Positions 55,923 through 60,653 of a stretch of DNA of 60,653 nucleotides are shown here, in pieces; positions within the stretch are counted from its first letter, which is position 1; each line of letters opens with the position of its first letter. Both the position numbers and the translations under genes were made by a program. The notes under the pieces are model-generated. The model made no database searches. It was not told the DNA's origin and worked only from the letters and a program-made list of their open reading frames with translations. This stretch comes from Bacillota bacterium (GTDB lineage: Bacteria > Bacillota > Clostridia > Acetivibrionales > DTU013), in the NCBI GenBank assembly GCA_050261495.1, contig JBLNDI010000064.1, forward strand, positions 1-60,653, written 5' to 3'.

Positions 55923-55997
55923 CATATGTAAGTTTGCGGCAAGGTTTTTTTAGCCGATGCGCCATAACAAGGCTTCACAAAAAGGCTTTATAATAAA

Positions 55998-56259
55998 AAA
56001 GCAATGATCGGGAGGAGTAGACGGATATCTGCCCAAAAGAGAGGAAGGCCCAGGGGCTGAGAGGCTTTCCGGGGACAAGGCCGTTGAAGGTCGCCCGGGA
56101 GTTCTGCATAAAAGCATTGATGATCCGGTGTGCGGAATCAATGCCCGAAATGCAGCGGCAAGATCCGTTATATCTTAAGAGCGGCCCGTAACAGGGAATT
56201 TTGGTGGTACCGCGGAGAAAATGCCCTTCGTCCAAAAAAGGTTGGATGAAGGGTTTTTT
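55998..56259 (+). ncRNA. T-box riboswitch, Val specifier (GUC)
   Basis: AGAGA and GCTGAG stem-I motifs, GAA-G-GTC specifier (56090-56092), T-box TTGGTGGTACCGCG (56201-56214) and terminator CCCTTCGTCCAA/TTGGATGAAGGG-TTTTTT. Confidence 0.93.
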
Positions 56260-56335
56260 AGTGAATGCGGTATTTGCCATAAACTTGGATTAAAAGAAGT
56301 GTATTTGGGAAAAGGACGTTTATGCAAAAGAAAGG

Positions 56336-56587
56336 ATGGAACAAGTGACAGCATTGAAAATTATTGCGGGAATCCTGGTTTTATCCGGCTTTGCCATAGT
56401 TGTCGGAGCAAGGAAGCTGGTTAAGATTTTTAACCTAGACAAAAAGATTACTATCAGCAATGAAAGTGAAATGGATGAGGAAGAGGCGGGCGATTACAGG
56501 CTTGTAAAAGCTACTTTCAATGTCAAGCTGTACGGGATGCTGATCGCCTTGCCCGGACTTATACTGACGTTAATCGCTTTTAAATGA
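56336..56587 (+). CDS. Small two-TM hypothetical protein
   Basis: 83-aa ORF with two hydrophobic segments around an acidic loop; lies between the T-box and valS. Confidence 0.75.
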   Translation: MEQVTALKIIAGILVLSGFAIVVGARKLVKIFNLDKKITISNESEMDEEEAGDYRLVKATFNVKLYGMLIALPGLILTLIAFK

Positions 56588-56613
56588 GAAGAAGGTTAAT
56601 GGGAGGAATAGCA

Positions 56614-59271
56614 ATGGGAGAAGAAAGAATCCTGGAGAAAATTTATGATCCGGCGAAGACGGAGGATAAATTATACCGTGAATGGATGGATAAAGGCTAT
56701 TTTCATGCCGTGCCGGATAAAAACAAGACGCCCTACACGATAGTCATACCGCCGCCGAACATTACAGGGCAGCTTCACATGGGGCATGCCCTTGACAATA
56801 CGCTGCAGGATATCCTGATACGATGGAGAAGGATGCAGGGTTTCTGCGCGCTCTGGCTGCCCGGAACCGACCACGCAAGCATAGCCACTGAGGCGAGAAT
56901 CGTAGAAACCATGGCCCAGGAAGGCTTGACCAAGGAAATGATCGGAAGGAAGAAGTTTCTTGAAAGGGCCTGGGAATGGAAAAAGGAGTACGGCGGCAGG
57001 ATTATCGAGCAGTTGAAAAAACTGGGAAGCTCGTGCGACTGGGCGCGTGAAAGGTTTACCATGGACGAAGGGCTTTCCAGGGCGGTTATCGAGGTGTTTG
57101 TCAAACTTTACAGGAAAGGCCTTATCTACAGGGGAGACCGTATCATCAACTGGTGCCCCAAGTGCCGCACGTCGATTTCGGACGCCGAGGTTGAATACGA
57201 TGAGTACGAAGGGAAATTCTGGCATGTGAAGTATCCGCTGAAAGACGGCAATGGATTTATAACAGTCGCCACTACAAGGCCCGAAACAATGCTCGGCGAC
57301 ACGGCCGTAGCGGTAAATCCGGATGATGAAAGGTATGCCGGCCTGGTGGGCAAAACCGCCGTTTTGCCGCTGGTAGGCAGGGAAATACCGATTATCGCCG
57401 ACTCGTATGTCGACATGGAATTCGGCACCGGCGCCGTTAAAATCACGCCTGCCCATGATCCGAACGACTTTGAAGTTGGGCTGAGGCACAACCTGGAGCA
57501 AGTAAAGGTCATTGACGAAGACGCAAAAATGACCGAAGCCGCCGGCGCATACGCCGGAATGGACAGGTATGAAGCCAGGAAAAGGATAGTTGAAGACCTG
57601 GAGTCACTCGGCCTGATTGCAAAAGTCGAGGACCACAGGCATAACGTAGGTTCTTGTTACAGGTGCAGCACCGTTATCGAACCGCTCGTATCAAGGCAGT
57701 GGTTTGTTAAAATGAAGCCGCTTGCAGAGCCTGCCATAAAGGCTGTTAAAGACGGCGCTATCAAGTTTGTCCCGGACAGGTTTTCAAAAATCTATTTCAA
57801 CTGGATGGAAAACATACAGGATTGGTGCATATCGAGGCAATTGTGGTGGGGACACCGGATACCGGCTTATTATTGCGGCGAATGCGGGGAAATGATGGTT
57901 GAGACCGAACACCCCGGTTCCTGTACTAAATGCGGCAGCAAAGCCATAGAGCAGGATCCCGATACGCTCGACACCTGGTTCAGTTCCGCACTCTGGCCGT
58001 TCTCCACGCTCGGCTGGCCGGAAGAAACCGAAGACCTTAAGTATTTTTACCCGACAAGCGTGCTTGTTACCGGGTATGATATCATATTCTTCTGGGTGGC
58101 CAGGATGATCTTTTCAGGTCTTGAGCATATGGGGAAAGAACCTTTCAAGTATGTTTTCATACATGGAATCGTAAGGGACGCGCTGGGCAGGAAAATGAGC
58201 AAATCGCTCGGCAACGGGATTGACCCGCTGGAGGTTATTTCGCAGTATGGCGCCGACGCCCTGCGTTTTGCGCTTGTTACGGGCAATTCCCCCGGCAATG
58301 ACCTCAGGTTCTCCAACGAAAAGGTCGAAGCCGCCAGGAACTTCGCCAACAAGATTTGGAACGCCACAAGGTTTGCGCTTATGAATTTTGATGAAAACGT
58401 GGATTTCAGCGGTGTCGACGCATCAAAGTTTACAACCGCTGACAAGTGGATATTAAGCAGGGTTAACACGTTGACCGCCGAAGTGACCGACAACCTTGAG
58501 AATTTTGAACTGGGCATAGCGCTCCAGAAAATCTATGAATTCATATGGGAAGAATTTTGCGACTGGTATATCGAGTTTGTCAAGCCGAGGCTTTTCGACA
58601 GGGAGGACGATACTAGGCTTGAGGCGCAGTGGGTGCTTAACCGCGTACTGGGGACAGCCATGAAGCTGCTTCACCCGTATATGCCCTTCGTCACCGAGGA
58701 GATTTACAGGCGCCTTATTCACGACGACGAAAGCATAATGATATCAAGGTGGCCCGAATATGACGAGAAGATGCGTTTCCCGGAGGCGGAAAGGGAAATG
58801 GATATGGTAATGAACGCAATAAAGGCCGTAAGAAATATCAGGGTGGAAATGAGCGTGCCGCCGTCAAAGAAGAGCAAGCTGATTTTTGTGGCCGGGCCTG
58901 ATGAAAGCACAATCCTGCGCAATGCCGAAAAGCTTTTCATACGCCTTGCAGGTGCGTCGGAAATCGCCGTTCAGCCTGACAAGGCGGGAATACCGGACAA
59001 TGCGGTTGCCGCCGTGATTGCCGGCGCGGAAATATACATCCCGCTTGAAGACCTGATAGACATAAAGAAGGAAATAGAAAGGCTGGAGAAAGAAAAGGAA
59101 TACCTGGAAAAGGAACTTGAAAGGGTCGACAGCAAGCTGGCCAACGAAGGCTTTGTTTCGAAGGCGCCTCTTAAGCTTGTTGAAGAGGAGAAGGCAAAGA
59201 AAGTGAAATACGCCGGAATGTACGAGAAAGTGACGGAACGCCTTAATAGCTTGAAGAATGCGATGCGATGA
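56614..59271 (+). CDS. valS: Valyl-tRNA synthetase
   Basis: [30 protein letters not shown] and a C-terminal coiled coil. RBS GGAGG before the ATG at 56614. Confidence 0.98.
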   Translation: MGEERILEKIYDPAKTEDKLYREWMDKGYFHAVPDKNKTPYTIVIPPPNITGQLHMGHALDNTLQDILIRWRRMQGFCALWLPGTDHASIATEARIVETMAQEGLTKEMIGRKKFLERAWEWKKEYGGRIIEQLKKLGSSCDWARERFTMDEGLSRAVIEVFVKLYRKGLIYRGDRIINWCPKCRTSISDAEVEYDEYEGKFWHVKYPLKDGNGFITVATTRPETMLGDTAVAVNPDDERYAGLVGKTAVLPLVGREIPIIADSYVDMEFGTGAVKITPAHDPNDFEVGLRHNLEQVKVIDEDAKMTEAAGAYAGMDRYEARKRIVEDLESLGLIAKVEDHRHNVGSCYRCSTVIEPLVSRQWFVKMKPLAEPAIKAVKDGAIKFVPDRFSKIYFNWMENIQDWCISRQLWWGHRIPAYYCGECGEMMVETEHPGSCTKCGSKAIEQDPDTLDTWFSSALWPFSTLGWPEETEDLKYFYPTSVLVTGYDIIFFWVARMIFSGLEHMGKEPFKYVFIHGIVRDALGRKMSKSLGNGIDPLEVISQYGADALRFALVTGNSPGNDLRFSNEKVEAARNFANKIWNATRFALMNFDENVDFSGVDASKFTTADKWILSRVNTLTAEVTDNLENFELGIALQKIYEFIWEEFCDWYIEFVKPRLFDREDDTRLEAQWVLNRVLGTAMKLLHPYMPFVTEEIYRRLIHDDESIMISRWPEYDEKMRFPEAEREMDMVMNAIKAVRNIRVEMSVPPSKKSKLIFVAGPDESTILRNAEKLFIRLAGASEIAVQPDKAGIPDNAVAAVIAGAEIYIPLEDLIDIKKEIERLEKEKEYLEKELERVDSKLANEGFVSKAPLKLVEEEKAKKVKYAGMYEKVTERLNSLKNAMR

Positions 59272-59453
59272 AGGACCGGTAGATTTTGCCCGTATTGGCG
59301 GACCGGTACCGGCATGCTATGGATATTTGATTTGCGACATGGTACAATAAAGTCAATAATATAGTAAAGCACAAGCCTGCTTAGGATCATGGCAAGCCCG
59401 GCCGGTGCAGGGCCGGCTGGGCATGGCTTTAGCGCGCAGGGAAGAGTGAAAGC

Positions 59454-60653
59454 ATGAATTATGGTTTTGTAAGGGTGGCTGCCGCTGTGCCGGAACTGAA
59501 AATAGCCGGATGCAGCTACAATGTGCAAAAAATATCTGATTTGATTAAAAGAGCCGAGAACACCGGCGTCCAGGTGGTTGTATTTCCTGAGCTGTCGATC
59601 ACGGCTTATACATGCGGCGACCTTTTTCACCAGGAGCTGCTGCTGCGGGAAGCAGAAGCAAGCCTGGGCAAGCTGGCGGAAAGCATGCGGGATTTGAAGA
59701 TACTTGCGATTGTGGGATTGCCTCTTACTGTGGACAACCAGCTTTTCAACTGTGCGGCGGTGCTGCAAAAAGGAGAAATCCTGGGCATTGTGCCTAAAAC
59801 ATATATCCCCGGCTACAAGGAATTTTACGAGGAACGTTGGTTTGCCCCGGGAACAAATGCCGTAAGCTCATACGTAAGGCTGTTCGGGAAAGACATTCCT
59901 TTTGGAAACGATTTGCTTTTTGAGTCAGCGGAACATGGACAAGTCTGCTTCGGCATAGAAATTTGCGAAGACCTGTGGGCGCCGGTTTCACCGAGCTCAT
60001 ACCAAGCCTTGGCAGGAGCGGTCATACTCTTCAACCTGTCGGCAAGCAACGAAATAATAGGCAAATCCGGGTACAGGCGCGATTTGGTCAGGATGCAGTC
60101 GGGCAAATGTATTGCGGGCTATGTATACGCGTCATCGGGCGTGGATGAGTCGACAACCGATACCGTATACGGCGGGCACGCCATGATTGCCGAAAACGGG
60201 ACAATCCTCGCGGAATCGGAGAGGTTTGTCCGCGAAAGCCACATGGTTATAAGCGAAATCGATATACAGAACCTTAAGATTGAAAGGATAAAGACCACTA
60301 TTTTCGCGGAGACGCCGAGTACCCAGAGCTTCAGAAAAATCGCGTTCAGCCTTGAGTTGCCTGAATTTGACGAAAAAGCGGCAGACCGGGGCAAACTTGT
60401 GAGATATATTGATCCCCATCCTTTCGTGCCTTCCGGGAAATCGGCCAGGGACGCCAGGTGTAAGGAAATATTCGCCATTCAGACGGCGGGGCTTGCCAAG
60501 AGGATGATACATACCGGCATGAAGCACGCGGTGATTGGCATATCAGGAGGACTGGACTCAACGCTGGCATTGGTCGTAACCGTGAAGACTTTTGATATGC
60601 TGGGCATTCCAAGAGGAAACATAACCGCGGTCACGATGCCGGGCTTCGGTACT
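59454..60653 (+). CDS. nadE: Glutamine-dependent NAD+ synthetase (3' end outside window)
   Basis: Not in the ORF track because it has no stop. Translates MNYGFVRVAAAVP...FPELS...PK...EFYE...EICEDLW (nitrilase domain), then GISGGLDST...TMPGFG. Confidence 0.95.
   Translation, partial: MNYGFVRVAAAVPELKIAGCSYNVQKISDLIKRAENTGVQVVVFPELSITAYTCGDLFHQELLLREAEASLGKLAESMRDLKILAIVGLPLTVDNQLFNCAAVLQKGEILGIVPKTYIPGYKEFYEERWFAPGTNAVSSYVRLFGKDIPFGNDLLFESAEHGQVCFGIEICEDLWAPVSPSSYQALAGAVILFNLSASNEIIGKSGYRRDLVRMQSGKCIAGYVYASSGVDESTTDTVYGGHAMIAENGTILAESERFVRESHMVISEIDIQNLKIERIKTTIFAETPSTQSFRKIAFSLELPEFDEKAADRGKLVRYIDPHPFVPSGKSARDARCKEIFAIQTAGLAKRMIHTGMKHAVIGISGGLDSTLALVVTVKTFDMLGIPRGNITAVTMPGFGT

Noticed and set aside
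59272-59453. Riboswitch or NrtR/NiaR site upstream of nadE
   Set aside because: Only short GC-rich hairpins, with no recognisable aptamer or clean palindrome.

Overview
A 60.6 kb chromosomal segment from a spore-forming, polysaccharide-using Clostridia-type Firmicute. This assignment is inferred from gene content: a Spo0A-family regulator, a T-box, YesM/YesN-type sensors and CBM35 enzymes. The left half (1-30.5 kb) is mostly housekeeping or accessory: trkH (partial), a chromate transporter pair, hypoxanthine-DNA glycosylase, htrA, a ZIP transporter, a YtrA-type GntR-ABC module, aroA-aroC-aroK plus a divergent Spo0A paralog, hup, PilZ and cNMP-domain proteins, a uridine-kinase fusion, xylB-xylR-xylA, cheW and argJ. 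About 25 kb (30.7-55.8 kb) is a carbohydrate-catabolism block: GarR, FadR, a split transketolase and an SDR; a secreted GH95-like enzyme with two CBM35 and one CBM13; two GH29 fucosidases; two ABC uptake systems; and three regulatory genes. It is followed by T-box-valS and a partial nadE. The most striking unexplained signal is a ~400-nt non-coding element between trkH and chrA (958-1356). By hand it folds into a six-way junction of nine 13-24 bp helices, with about 29 G-U pairs and one C-A mismatch on the + strand, repeated helix-end motifs, and a sigmaG-like promoter directly upstream. It is a candidate undescribed structured RNA. Other leads are a possible kinase-free sugar-acid transketolase pathway, a chorismate synthase lacking both catalytic histidines, two pseudogene relics and a REP-like repeat family. 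No tRNA, rRNA, CRISPR array, integrase or transposase was seen. All protein calls come from motif recognition by eye, not from database searches.
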